The notes under the pieces were generated by a model. It searched no databases. It saw only the letters and a program-made list of their open reading frames with translations, and was not told the DNA's origin. Position numbers and translations under genes: made by a program. DNA of 64,000 nt, taken from contig JADLBQ010000022.1 of NCBI GenBank assembly GCA_020847635.1, positions 37,850 to 101,849 of the forward strand. Reading direction: 5' to 3'. Below are positions 1-9,933 of this stretch, one piece after another. Each line of letters begins with the position of its first letter. The first letter of the stretch is position 1. The stretch comes from Bacteroidia bacterium. Lineage in GTDB: Bacteria > Bacteroidota > Bacteroidia > AKYH767-A > OLB10.

Positions 1-313
1 AGTTTTATCTTGTTAAGAAGGGCATCCGGCAAAAAGTAAAATGATTTCTAATTTATGCAGGGAGTTAAGAAGGGATGTCCTTTCCTGTTATATGAGCATC
101 TGGAAGCCGAACTTAAAACAGGATGTTTCGTCCGTCATGTGTTAATTCAGTTTCTTTGCAAAAGGCTGGATTGAGGATATCTCACGAGCTTATTCATACT
201 TACACCATCAGTATAATTTGTGTTTATTTACAGAAAAGCCGGTTGACTTACATGTTGAAGAATCAGAAGGAAACAAATAGCTTTCTCACTAACACAGAAT
301 CAGATTTCTGAAG

Positions 314-1786
314 ATGCGTATTATGAAATTGCCCGGAAACATAAATAAAAGGAATACGTTAATAGCTGCTGTTATCTCCTGCTTTGCACTGATCTTTGCT
401 TCTATCTCACTGGTTAATCATTACAATTTCAGGACCTATGCCTGGGACCTGGGGATAAACAATAATGCGATTTATGATTATGCACATTTCCGCTGGAATG
501 ATTGTATGCTTATGCAGCCCCAGTTTGAAAATGTTTTATCCGATCATCTTAGTTTATATCCGCTTCTGGTTTCGCCATTCTATTGGATTTTCGGATCTTA
601 TACCATGCTGATCTTTCAGATTGTTGCTATTCTGGTCGGAGGGTTTGGTATCTACAGGTATTTTTTAAAAAAGACTGCTGATTATAACCTGTCTATGATT
701 GCAATGATTCATTTCTTATCGGTTTGGGGAATTTACTCAGCACTGGCATTTGATTATCATGATAATGTAATTTCAGCAATGCTGGTTCCCTGGTTGTTTT
801 TGGCATTTGAAAATAAAAAACAGGGCCTCAGCTTTTTATTACTTTTTCTGATTTGTATTGGTAAAGAAAATATGGCTTTGTGGGCTGTTTTTATTGCATT
901 AACGTTATATCTGCTTAATTACAAATCACCAGTTTACAGCCGAAGAGCCTTATTGATGAGTGTATTAGCACTTTTTTATTTTGTTCTGGCGATAAAGGTG
1001 ATAATTCCTGCTATTGGAAATGAGGGAAGAGAGTACCTCCATCTGAAATATAAAGTCCTGGGTAATACTTTTGGTGAAGTAATTCATACAATCATTTTCA
1101 GGCCACAATATGTCTTCAGTCTGTTGTTTGAGAATCATACAGGCTGGGAGGGAGCTGATTTTATTAAATCAGAACTTCACTTCTTTGTTCTGTTATCAGG
1201 CGGTTTTGCATTATTCTACAAGTCACAGTTTATCCTGATGATTCTACCTATTTATGCTCAAAAATTATTTAATGATGATTTTGGAAAATGGGGAATCAAT
1301 GATCAATATTCGATTGAATTAGTACCGGTTCTGACGTTGGCACTTTTTACCTTTTTATATGAGTGGAACACAAAACGGAAGTTCCTGATTTATTTATTGC
1401 CTTGTTTAATCACTATCGCGGCTACTGCTTCCTCATTAGATCATCGTCAATCAAAATGGTATAATCCGGAACGGCTTCAGTTTTATAAGAAAAGCCACTA
1501 TCAGACTCCTTATAATGTGAATGAAGTCAGAAACGTATTAAGTGCAATTCCAGCCAATGCGGCAGTATCGGCTACCAATTCATTGGTGCCTCATCTGGCA
1601 TTCAGGGATTATATCTATCAGTTTCCAGTTGTCGGGAATGCCGAATTTATTGTCATTCTGAAATTAGGGAATCCCTATCCGTTGAATGAGGAAGAGTTAA
1701 ATAAGAAGCTGTCTGAACTTTCTCAGTCGGATGCCTGGATTAAGATTACAGAGAATAATGATATTATCGTATTCAGAAGAAAATAG
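314..1786 (+). CDS. Polytopic integral membrane protein, DUF2079-like (putative GT-C-type glycosyltransferase-like membrane protein)
   Basis: 490-aa ORF with many hydrophobic segments and a 'YAWDLG...YDY' motif in the first extracytoplasmic loop, as in GT-C enzymes. The family name is from memory and was not searched. Confidence 0.5.
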   Translation: MRIMKLPGNINKRNTLIAAVISCFALIFASISLVNHYNFRTYAWDLGINNNAIYDYAHFRWNDCMLMQPQFENVLSDHLSLYPLLVSPFYWIFGSYTMLIFQIVAILVGGFGIYRYFLKKTADYNLSMIAMIHFLSVWGIYSALAFDYHDNVISAMLVPWLFLAFENKKQGLSFLLLFLICIGKENMALWAVFIALTLYLLNYKSPVYSRRALLMSVLALFYFVLAIKVIIPAIGNEGREYLHLKYKVLGNTFGEVIHTIIFRPQYVFSLLFENHTGWEGADFIKSELHFFVLLSGGFALFYKSQFILMILPIYAQKLFNDDFGKWGINDQYSIELVPVLTLALFTFLYEWNTKRKFLIYLLPCLITIAATASSLDHRQSKWYNPERLQFYKKSHYQTPYNVNEVRNVLSAIPANAAVSATNSLVPHLAFRDYIYQFPVVGNAEFIVILKLGNPYPLNEEELNKKLSELSQSDAWIKITENNDIIVFRRK

Positions 1787-1840
1787 CCTGGTAACCAGAA
1801 TCGGATCTGATTAAAATCTTCAGGAATTCCTATAGTCTGT

Positions 1841-2050
1841 TTAAATTCTGGTAAGTGCTTTACCTTTATGTGCAGCAATATGATCCGATTTGTCACTCTT
1901 TATTTCATACTGAGGATCACTTTCAGTTGCATGATGTGTATAACCTTTGAAACTGAAATCACGGGTATGCACTTTAATAATGACTCCAGTTACCTGACCG
2001 GCTTCTGAATTCCAGCTGACATGATCTCCTGTTTTGAATTTTTTATTCAT
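1841..2050 (-). CDS. Small DUF2945-like protein (hypervirulence-associated TUDOR-like domain)
   Basis: 69-aa ORF starting 'MNKKFKTGDHVSWNSEAGQVTGVIIKVH', which resembles the DUF2945 N-terminal signature (K-G-D-x-V-x-W...G...G-x-V). Confidence 0.5.
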   Translation of the reverse strand: MNKKFKTGDHVSWNSEAGQVTGVIIKVHTRDFSFKGYTHHATESDPQYEIKSDKSDHIAAHKGKALTRI

Positions 2051-2151
2051 AACCAGTAATGATTAACCTGCCGGACCAGGTTGATCTTAAAAACAATGTG
2101 AAAGTACCTTTTTTATTGAAAAGTTTAAAGTGATGATTTGTGTCCTCATTC

Positions 2152-2697
2152 CTACATAGCTGTTTTTTTGTAATCAGAATATCGCACCAGGTTACCGGAT
2201 ATCAGAGCTGGTGAGGTATATGGATGTTCTACTGCTCTACCGGTTGACATGATATGAAGTACGGTCCAACCTTTGGCTTTCAGGTAATCGGATACCATTG
2301 AACGATGACACCGCCACCACAGCGCTTCAGAACACATAAATGCAGTGGTTTGCCGGGTAGCAGTATCAGTCAACTGACTCATTCCTTTCTCAAACTCTTC
2401 TGTTTCCATATAATCAGCATAACCACGGAACGAGTCATTATGCCAACGGTTGTTTCGTGAGTTCTCTTTTACTTTCCTTCTGCCTCCAAGTTCTTTCAAA
2501 TGATGGTATCCAATACCAGATCTGTGCAACGATAATTCAAGATTTTCTTTGTTAAACTGGGGGAACTTGCGCGAGCCGGGGAAACTTCTGATATCTGCCA
2601 GATATTGAATCGAAAAATAGAGCAGCAGTTGAATAAAATAATCAATACTATGGGTAGAATGACCAATGGTATAGATAACCTGAGTCTGGGTTTGCAT
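2152..2697 (-). CDS. DUF488-like conserved protein of unknown function
   Basis: 181-aa ORF with N-terminal 'YTIGHSTHS...DIRSFPGSRKFPQFNKE...HLKELGGRR'. I recall this signature from DUF488-type proteins. It lies 17 bp downstream of the UDG-like gene on the same strand. Confidence 0.5.
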   Translation of the reverse strand: MQTQTQVIYTIGHSTHSIDYFIQLLLYFSIQYLADIRSFPGSRKFPQFNKENLELSLHRSGIGYHHLKELGGRRKVKENSRNNRWHNDSFRGYADYMETEEFEKGMSQLTDTATRQTTAFMCSEALWWRCHRSMVSDYLKAKGWTVLHIMSTGRAVEHPYTSPALISGNLVRYSDYKKTAM

Positions 2698-2714
2698 GGA
2701 TTTGTTATGAATGA

Positions 2715-3425
2715 CTATGAATCAGCATCGGTTTTGTTAAACGCCAGAAGGTATTTGTCAATAAATAATTTCTTATCTCTTAGTTTATACTGCTGTATAA
2801 ATCGTGGATGTTCTAACACGGTTAACTTATCAAACAGTTTTTGTTCCTTGTTCAGTTTATTGATATAATCAGCATTTCTTTTCCCGAGTATAAATACTTC
2901 AGTGGTATCCAGTCCCAGGTTGATGTGCTTCTGCAAAGATTCAATCATAAAATCTTTTACACATTCAAATAACTTATTGTCATCGTAATAGTTGGCATTC
3001 AGCCACTCATTGTTTTTTGCTTTTCTCACAATAGCTAACGGGAAAGGAGAATTGACATAGAATTTTTTATAGAAACTCATAGCACCGCCATAACTCTTAA
3101 TCATGTCGTATATAAAAACAGAAGAGACCTCATGGGTATAAGCAGACTTCATTTTAATACCACAAACCTGGTCAAGCCGTTTGGTATCAGTAAACGGTAC
3201 ACCGGTAATTCCAGCTCCATGCCGGCTTGGATTTATGCCAATAATAAATTTCCTTGTTCTATTGTCATGATAAAATTTCATATAAAACTTTTTCATGACT
3301 TCCATTGTCTCCGGGTTATCCAGATAGGGATTAAGTACCCCAAAACCAGCCGGTAATTTTCCTGGATAGTTAAGGCTATGATTAAATTCAATTACCTTCT
3401 CAGCAAAGCTTTTTTTTGATGTCAT
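2715..3425 (-). CDS. Uracil-DNA glycosylase superfamily protein (DUF4918/SMUG-like)
   Basis: 236-aa ORF with motif-1-like 'GINPSRHGAGITGVPFTD' and a C-terminal 'LEHPRF' resembling the UDG HPS motif. The family call is by motif only. Confidence 0.5.
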   Translation of the reverse strand: MTSKKSFAEKVIEFNHSLNYPGKLPAGFGVLNPYLDNPETMEVMKKFYMKFYHDNRTRKFIIGINPSRHGAGITGVPFTDTKRLDQVCGIKMKSAYTHEVSSVFIYDMIKSYGGAMSFYKKFYVNSPFPLAIVRKAKNNEWLNANYYDDNKLFECVKDFMIESLQKHINLGLDTTEVFILGKRNADYINKLNKEQKLFDKLTVLEHPRFIQQYKLRDKKLFIDKYLLAFNKTDADS

Positions 3426-3520
3426 GGTGTTCTATAAATGAGTGGAGGACTTTCAAATTTACTATTTATGGCAATGGACTTATAGATTCAGGATAACATC
3501 CATGCTGGTTCATTGATAAA

Positions 3521-3555
3521 AATAAAAAGCTGCCTTCGGTTCAGAAGACAGCTTT
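3521..3555 (-). terminator. Rho-independent terminator downstream of the 3576..3953 minus-strand gene
   Basis: An 11-bp stem with one mismatch (AAAGCTGCCTTC / GAAGACAGCTTT) and a 6-nt loop. It is followed by a T-run on the minus strand (the A-run at 3521-3528 on plus). Confidence 0.4.
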
Positions 3556-3575
3556 ACTGAGAACAAAAAATCTGC

Positions 3576-3953
3576 TTAACCTTCAGCTTTTACTTTTTCG
3601 ACAAGAATGCTTTGAACACCGTTCTTCTTAATTATCTTTCCAGTTATTTCAATTTCCTGAGCTGCATATTTTAAGGCTGATTTGTAAGCATCAGATAATT
3701 TATGATCTTCAACCAGCAAGTACACCTGGCCATCTGCTTTGTTAAGAATCCCGGCAGGCAACCCTTTATCCAGGCAGCCCTGAGCACAGGCTTTATGACC
3801 TTGGCCTGTTGCACCATGTGACATATAGCAGGAAAGGTCGAGAATTTCACCTTTAAGTGTCTTCGTTTCCTGAGCAAATGCACTCATTGAAAATACAGTC
3901 AGTGATCCTGCAATCAGTGAGCCGATGAGTTTGGATTTAATTGTGTTTTTCAT
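3576..3953 (-). CDS. Small secreted Cys-containing hypothetical protein
   Basis: 125-aa ORF with signal peptide 'MKNTIKSKLIGSLIAGSLTVFSMSAFAQ' and a Cys cluster 'CYMSHGATGQGHKACAQGC'. I recognise no family. Confidence 0.45.
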   Translation of the reverse strand: MKNTIKSKLIGSLIAGSLTVFSMSAFAQETKTLKGEILDLSCYMSHGATGQGHKACAQGCLDKGLPAGILNKADGQVYLLVEDHKLSDAYKSALKYAAQEIEITGKIIKKNGVQSILVEKVKAEG

Positions 3954-4145
3954 AATATCTGTTTTTGAAAATAAATAATTGATACAAAGCTACTATTTTT
4001 GGCTGATGCAAATTAACGTCTCATTTCTGAATATTAAATGACTGCAGTGATTGGAATGGTCAGAATCGGTTCAGTTACACTTATTGAGACCTGATTTTAA
4101 GTCCTTAAGGAAATTATGAAAATTGAGACAGATAAATAATAGATT

Positions 4146-4646
4146 ATGATAAAATGGATTAAGAGATTTTTGTTTGGATTAACTGGTATCCTGCTCATTA
4201 TTCAGATTCCGGTTTTTAATCCTAAAAAAAATTATGCTGACACAGAACAGACTCAGGAAATAACAAAACGATTTGATGTGCCGATGGATATCCAGATGGA
4301 TTTGTACACTGCCTGTTACGATTGTCATTCAAATTACACTGAATCATATCCCTGGTATTACAGTATTCAGCCAGTAAGCTGGTGGATTGCTCATCATATC
4401 AATGAGGGAAAGAAAGAATTAAACTTCTCTGAGTTTGCCTCCTATTCATCAGGACGCGTAATCAAGAAGTTTAAGGAGATTAATGAAGTAATGACAGATA
4501 AGTCAATGCCACTGAAATCCTATTTACTGATGCACAAAGAAGCAAAGCTGACAGATGAACAATACCGTGATATTGCAGAGTGGGCAAAGGGAATGCATGA
4601 TCAACTGACAGCTGAATCCAATGCACTGCAGGAGAAAAACAACTGA
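4146..4646 (+). CDS. Heme-binding domain protein (Haem_bd family, CXXCH)
   Basis: 166-aa ORF with an N-terminal TM helix and 'CYDCHSN' (CXXCH), followed by 'PWYYSIQPVSWWIAHHINEGKKELNFSE'. This is typical of the Bacteroidota heme-binding domain family. Confidence 0.6.
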   Translation: MIKWIKRFLFGLTGILLIIQIPVFNPKKNYADTEQTQEITKRFDVPMDIQMDLYTACYDCHSNYTESYPWYYSIQPVSWWIAHHINEGKKELNFSEFASYSSGRVIKKFKEINEVMTDKSMPLKSYLLMHKEAKLTDEQYRDIAEWAKGMHDQLTAESNALQEKNN

Positions 4647-4672
4647 ATTGGGCAAGTTGAGTTATTCCCCTG

Positions 4673-5671
4673 CTAGTACGGTAAATTGATTTTTTCAAAA
4701 GGAATAAACTGGTAGGTTACCTCATTAATCAGATAACTCCTGGGAGAGTTTGGTAAAGTATAAATTTCATGCATTGGAATTCCCCAGGGTTTCCAGAGAT
4801 TGGTCAACACTTTTGCAAACGTTTCATCATCCCATCTCCTGAATTTAGGCTGACCGGGCAGTGGATCTTCGGGTTGTTCAAATACCAGTGTCGGAAGATC
4901 GGACGTAATCTTATAATCTCCCATTTCACGAAGCAGGTAGCTAGCATAAAGAAACCAGCCATAGAGTTCTTCAAACTGTACCGGGTGTAAGGTAGAAGTT
5001 CCGATTTTTTCAAGCATCTCCTGCAAATAACCTCCCACTTCACCATTATCCTGGAGGCAAGCCACAATGCCAAAGCCATTCATTCCAAAGCAGAAGTTCA
5101 GATGGTGAGTTTCATCTTTATAGTTCAGAATATCTTTTGAAATAGTTACCCGGTAACATTTGATGGTCCAGGGGGTGAAGCCCTCAAACCGGACTGGTCT
5201 GATTAATGAGTGAAGCATAAAAAGCAGGTTTCTGATTTTCTGCTGTAACAGCGGTGAAGGCCGGAACTTTTCTTTTGAGTTCTTGTATTTCTCAATCGAA
5301 AAAATAAAGTCCTGATACAAAACCCCATAGAATACCCGTGCCATCCATTGAAATAAAGTAAGAGGTGAAAGCCTGATAACCTCATCGTAGCCGGATTCAA
5401 AAGCATAACGAATTACCTGGTCCAGTTTTTCTACAGATTGAGCTACTTCGAAAGATGCCGGCAACAGCATTTCATTGTATTTCATCCGGTTACCTTCCAG
5501 CATCGTAACAGGTTTGTCAAGTTTATAACGGTCAATCAACCAGGTCGGGAAAGCCGAAACGGTATGCTTTTCTGCAGGATTCAGTTCTTTACCAGTAAGA
5601 AAGCAATGATTTTCCTGAAATGCCAGTGATTCAAACGGATTAAAAAGAGGCGAATTCATGAATGGATACAA
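4673..5671 (-). CDS. Hypothetical protein, no recognisable family
   Basis: 332-aa ORF with no signal peptide, no TM segment and no motif I can place. Confidence 0.45.
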   Translation of the reverse strand: MYPFMNSPLFNPFESLAFQENHCFLTGKELNPAEKHTVSAFPTWLIDRYKLDKPVTMLEGNRMKYNEMLLPASFEVAQSVEKLDQVIRYAFESGYDEVIRLSPLTLFQWMARVFYGVLYQDFIFSIEKYKNSKEKFRPSPLLQQKIRNLLFMLHSLIRPVRFEGFTPWTIKCYRVTISKDILNYKDETHHLNFCFGMNGFGIVACLQDNGEVGGYLQEMLEKIGTSTLHPVQFEELYGWFLYASYLLREMGDYKITSDLPTLVFEQPEDPLPGQPKFRRWDDETFAKVLTNLWKPWGIPMHEIYTLPNSPRSYLINEVTYQFIPFEKINLPY

Positions 5672-6073
5672 AAGTACTCAAAGAACAGGAAGACCTGTTT
5701 TCAGATCGTTCCACCTGAAAGAATAGATTAAGAACGGGTTTGAGTTAAATTATCCGTAATGTTTTACTTTTGCTTCCGGTAAGGTTCATGTAGTGAAAAA
5801 ATTAATGATATTACTTATTGACCATTGTAATTTCCACCTTTGGAAGGATGCTTTTTATTACTCTCACTCAACTGAATCACAAGAACTGATTACCTGATTC
5901 TTTAAATACAATCATAAAGGGAATAAACTCAGGACTCAGCAATGATTCTTTATTAACTTCAATTCATTTCCGGAAATTTGTTTCAAACAAAAAAGAGGGC
6001 AAAAGCTTAACAAAAGGACTTGTTTAATCATTAACTGCATTTTTATAAGGATAAATTTATAATCGAAAAGATC

Positions 6074-7681
6074 ATGCGAAAACAATTTGTTGTTATCTCA
6101 ACCTTGTTGCTGGCAATTACACTTGCTCTCAGCATTTACATGAACAAAAACTGGTTTGTGTTTTTTGGAATTTTGTTTTTATTGACTTTGATGGGCTATC
6201 AGGATATGATACAAAAGAGGCATACAATCAGAAGAATTTATCCTCTTTTAGGACGGCTCAGATATGTTTTGGAAGAAATGCGGCCAAAAATGTATCAGTA
6301 TTTTATTGAGTCAGATATTGACGGGAAACCCATCAGCCGGGTAGATCGCTCAACTATTTACCAGCGTGCAAAAAAGGAACTGGAGACAATTCCATTTGGT
6401 ACTCAGCTGGATGTATATGCAGAGGGTTATGAATGGATGTGTCATTCGATATCGCCAAAAAACTTTGACACACTGGATCAGGATCCCAGAGTTGTTTTTG
6501 GAAACAAAGACTGTACTCAGTCCTATTCTTCCAGTATTTTGAATATTTCAGCAATGAGCTATGGTGCATTAAGCGCCCGGGCTGTGGAGGCCATGAATGG
6601 CGGAGCCAAATTAGGTGGTTTTGCTCAAAATACCGGTGAAGGCGGAATTAGTCCCTACCACCTCAAGCATGGTGGTGATTTGATTTTCCAGGTAGGAACC
6701 GGATATTTTGGTTGCAGAGATGAGCACGGTAATTTCAGTGATGAATTGTTTGCTGAAAAAGCAAAAATTCCGTCTGTTAAAATGATTGAATTAAAAATTT
6801 CACAAGGAGCAAAACCCGGCCATGGAGGTATCCTTCCCGCTTCAAAAAACACAGAAGAAATTGCCAGCATCCGGCATGTAAAGCCCCATATGAAAATTGC
6901 ATCACCACCTTATCACACAGCTTTTGATTCACCGCTGGGTATGGTGAAATTCATCCAGCGACTCCGGGAACTCTCAGGAGGCAAGCCGGTAGGATTCAAA
7001 ATCTGCATCGGCCATAAAGCTGAATTTATTTCAATTTGTAACGCAATGGTTCATCTTGATATATACCCTGATTTTATTACAGTTGATGGAGGAGAAGGTG
7101 GTACCGGGGCAGCTCCTCAGGAATTCTCTAATTACCTGGGTGCTCCCATGCTTGACGGGCTTGCCTTTGTACATAATATCCTGAATGGATTGGATATCCG
7201 TAAACATATTAAAGTAGTTGCTGCAGGCAAGATTACTTCTGCTTTTCACATTGCCCGCGCATTGGCATTAGGTGCCGATGCCTGCAACTCGGCAAGAGCG
7301 ATGATGATGGCCATCGGTTGCATTCAGGCTTTGTTGTGTAATACCAACCGTTGTCCTACTGGAATTACAACACATGATCCCAGGCTGACAATCGGATTAG
7401 ATGTAGCTGATAAAAAGGTACGATTAGCTAATTACCATGCCGGAACAATCCGGAATTTTGTTGAACTGATGGGCGCATCCGGACTTGATGACATGAAGAA
7501 CATTACCCGGTCTCACATTTACAGAAGAGTATCACTGAACGATATGCTTACTTATGAGGAAATTTTTCCATCTATTAAGGTAGGTTCTATGCTGAATAAT
7601 CAAATTCCGGATAAATACAAATGGGATTTTCTCCATGCTGATATGAATAAGTGGGGTGTTTCGGTTGAAGAATCGGCTTAA
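6074..7681 (+). CDS. FMN-binding glutamate synthase family protein (stand-alone GltB central-domain homologue with N-terminal membrane anchor)
   Basis: 535-aa ORF with two N-terminal TM helices. The body resembles the GltS FMN domain ('ISAMSYGALS', 'GEGG', 'KISQGAKPGHGGILP', 'VDGGEGGTGAAP'). Confidence 0.7.
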   Translation: MRKQFVVISTLLLAITLALSIYMNKNWFVFFGILFLLTLMGYQDMIQKRHTIRRIYPLLGRLRYVLEEMRPKMYQYFIESDIDGKPISRVDRSTIYQRAKKELETIPFGTQLDVYAEGYEWMCHSISPKNFDTLDQDPRVVFGNKDCTQSYSSSILNISAMSYGALSARAVEAMNGGAKLGGFAQNTGEGGISPYHLKHGGDLIFQVGTGYFGCRDEHGNFSDELFAEKAKIPSVKMIELKISQGAKPGHGGILPASKNTEEIASIRHVKPHMKIASPPYHTAFDSPLGMVKFIQRLRELSGGKPVGFKICIGHKAEFISICNAMVHLDIYPDFITVDGGEGGTGAAPQEFSNYLGAPMLDGLAFVHNILNGLDIRKHIKVVAAGKITSAFHIARALALGADACNSARAMMMAIGCIQALLCNTNRCPTGITTHDPRLTIGLDVADKKVRLANYHAGTIRNFVELMGASGLDDMKNITRSHIYRRVSLNDMLTYEEIFPSIKVGSMLNNQIPDKYKWDFLHADMNKWGVSVEESA

Positions 7682-7743
7682 ATCAAAAATCAGTAAACAG
7701 GAGAATTATCAATCGTTGATTCATTCTCTGAATAACTGTTCTC

Positions 7744-9795
7744 TTATTTTTCAATTTTAATTCTGACATCAACCACAGTCATCTGCTTGTCATCGGCAAG
7801 AATTGGATTTAGATCTAACTCGGCAATCTCCGGAGCTATGTGAACCAATGCACCGACTCTCATAATCAGATCCACATATTTTTTCTTATTCAATCCTTTT
7901 TTGTTCCGGTATCCTTTAATCACTGGATATCCTTTAAGTGACTCTACCATTGACAATACTTCTTCTTCAGACATAGGTGCCAGAGCGGAAGCAGTATCCT
8001 CTAAAAGTTCCAGGAAAATACCTCCTAAACCACACAGGACAACATGGCCGAAATTTCCCTGCTTCACCGCTCCACAATACAACTCTTCCCCTTTCAGCAT
8101 CTGCTGAACAAGGACTCCGTTAGCACCTGGAATTTTTATTAAAGTATCAAATGCATCAATAGCCTGTTCTGTAGTAGAAATATTTAAAATTACACCGCCA
8201 ACTTCTGTTTTATGCACCGGACCGGTAACTTTCATGACAATCGGGAAACGGAGTTTAGTGATTATTAACGGGATTTGATTTTTGTCTGAAAATTCTTCCT
8301 GTTTTACCAGGTCAATTCTGGCAGCCTCAAGCAACTCACGGCAGGCTGTAGCCGGAAGGAAGCCGCTGGATGAGGAGTTGATCACAGCCCGGATTGCTGG
8401 AAAATCCATTTCAGGAAGAGCAACATGCTCAGACAAAATCTGCCGTGAAGCAAATGCAGCTGCAAGTGCCTTACCCAGGTTTACTTCGTCTGGGAAATTA
8501 ACTCTACCTTTTGACAAAAACTGTTTTATTTCTTTTTGAGCATTGATGATGGATGGGAGAACCGGGAAGATGGGTTTTGTACACGAGTTTATTTTAGATT
8601 CGAGTATTTCATAGACGTCTTTTACATTAAACAATCCCGGGCTTCCGAATACGACAACCATTCCGTCAACCGGCTTATACTGTTCACAAAAGTCAATTAT
8701 GACTCCAAGTTGTTCTGCACTTCCTGTTGCCAGAAAATCAATCGGATTACGGACTGATGACCCGGGATTTAATTGTGATTGCAGTGTGCTTGTGTCTTCA
8801 GGACTAAAGAGTGGAACGTTCATTCCTCTTGTGGTCAGGGTATCAGTCAACATCACGGCAGAACCTCCGGCATGGGTAATGATTGCAATGTTGTTTCCTT
8901 TTAATTCTTTCGTCTGGAAAATACTGGCAACTGCAATCAGTTCATCTCTGCTGCTACAGTAAACAATTCCGCATTTCTTAAACAAGGCACGGATAACTAC
9001 ATCTGATGTGGTCAGTGCTCCGGTGTGTGAAGAAGCTGCCCGGCTACCGGCTTCAGAATATCCTGATTTGATAGCTGCAATCCGGCATCCCTTTTTTCTT
9101 AATGACACAGCATGTTTGATAAACTTAAAAGGATTTCTGATTTGTTCAAGATAAAGTAGTTTTACTTTCGGACTTTTGTGAGGATCAAAACTCTGATCCA
9201 TGTATTCCAGAATCTCTTCAACACCTGTTTGGGAAGCATTGCCGATAGAATAAATGTTAGAAAACCGTAATCCGGTCTGAAGTGCTGACTCCATTATGAA
9301 AACTGCTGTAGCACCTGAACTTGAAATCAGTTCACAACCAAGCGGATCATAAGCCGGTATGGGTGAGGTAAAGACCCCTTTATAAACTTGGTTAATGACA
9401 CCAATACAATTAGGACCGATTAAAGTTGCATGCGCATCATTAATCATTTTAACCAGTTCCTTATCCAGTTTTTTACCTGCTTCATCGGCTTCAGAAAAAC
9501 CTGCTGAGAAAATAATAAATGCACGTGTTCCTTTTTGTATCAGTTTTCGGATTGCTTCCAGGCACTCTTTGGCCGGAATGGAAATAATTGCTAGCTCGGC
9601 TGATTCAACTTGCCCGATGTCCGACACGTAGTTTGCACCTTTCACATGAACCGGCTTTTTGTTCACAGCATAAATCACTCCTTTAAATTTCCCCTTGATA
9701 ATATTCTGAAGTAGCTTGCCACCGGGTTTACTGGTGTTCTCAGAAGCTCCAATGATAGCAATGCTTTTTGGTGCTATTAATTCGGGTCTGATCAT
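7744..9795 (-). CDS. Acetate--CoA ligase (ADP-forming), fused alpha/beta Acd-type
   Basis: 683 aa. The N-terminal CoA-binding/succinyl-CoA-synthetase-alpha-like part is 'SIAIIGASENTSKPGG...'. The C-terminal ATP-grasp-like part is 'PIVMKVTGPVHKTEVGGV'. Confidence 0.7.
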   Translation of the reverse strand: MIRPELIAPKSIAIIGASENTSKPGGKLLQNIIKGKFKGVIYAVNKKPVHVKGANYVSDIGQVESAELAIISIPAKECLEAIRKLIQKGTRAFIIFSAGFSEADEAGKKLDKELVKMINDAHATLIGPNCIGVINQVYKGVFTSPIPAYDPLGCELISSSGATAVFIMESALQTGLRFSNIYSIGNASQTGVEEILEYMDQSFDPHKSPKVKLLYLEQIRNPFKFIKHAVSLRKKGCRIAAIKSGYSEAGSRAASSHTGALTTSDVVIRALFKKCGIVYCSSRDELIAVASIFQTKELKGNNIAIITHAGGSAVMLTDTLTTRGMNVPLFSPEDTSTLQSQLNPGSSVRNPIDFLATGSAEQLGVIIDFCEQYKPVDGMVVVFGSPGLFNVKDVYEILESKINSCTKPIFPVLPSIINAQKEIKQFLSKGRVNFPDEVNLGKALAAAFASRQILSEHVALPEMDFPAIRAVINSSSSGFLPATACRELLEAARIDLVKQEEFSDKNQIPLIITKLRFPIVMKVTGPVHKTEVGGVILNISTTEQAIDAFDTLIKIPGANGVLVQQMLKGEELYCGAVKQGNFGHVVLCGLGGIFLELLEDTASALAPMSEEEVLSMVESLKGYPVIKGYRNKKGLNKKKYVDLIMRVGALVHIAPEIAELDLNPILADDKQMTVVDVRIKIEK

Positions 9796-9933
9796 GTTCA
9801 GGATTGAAATCGGTCAAAGGTCAATAATTTTATTTTGACCTAACTCAGAAACGGAGATGACTTAGTATGCCAGATGTCATTTCTTTCCTTCCTGTTTAAC
9901 TTCAGGTGAAGGCTCAACAAATCAACAGCGCGA

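Noticed and set aside
9796-9933. Hairpin-like inverted repeats (GGTCAAA...TTTGACC; ATGAC...GTCAT) between acnA and the acetyl-CoA synthetase gene
   Set aside because: They are not followed by a T-run in the orientation needed to terminate acnA, so I could not support a terminator call.
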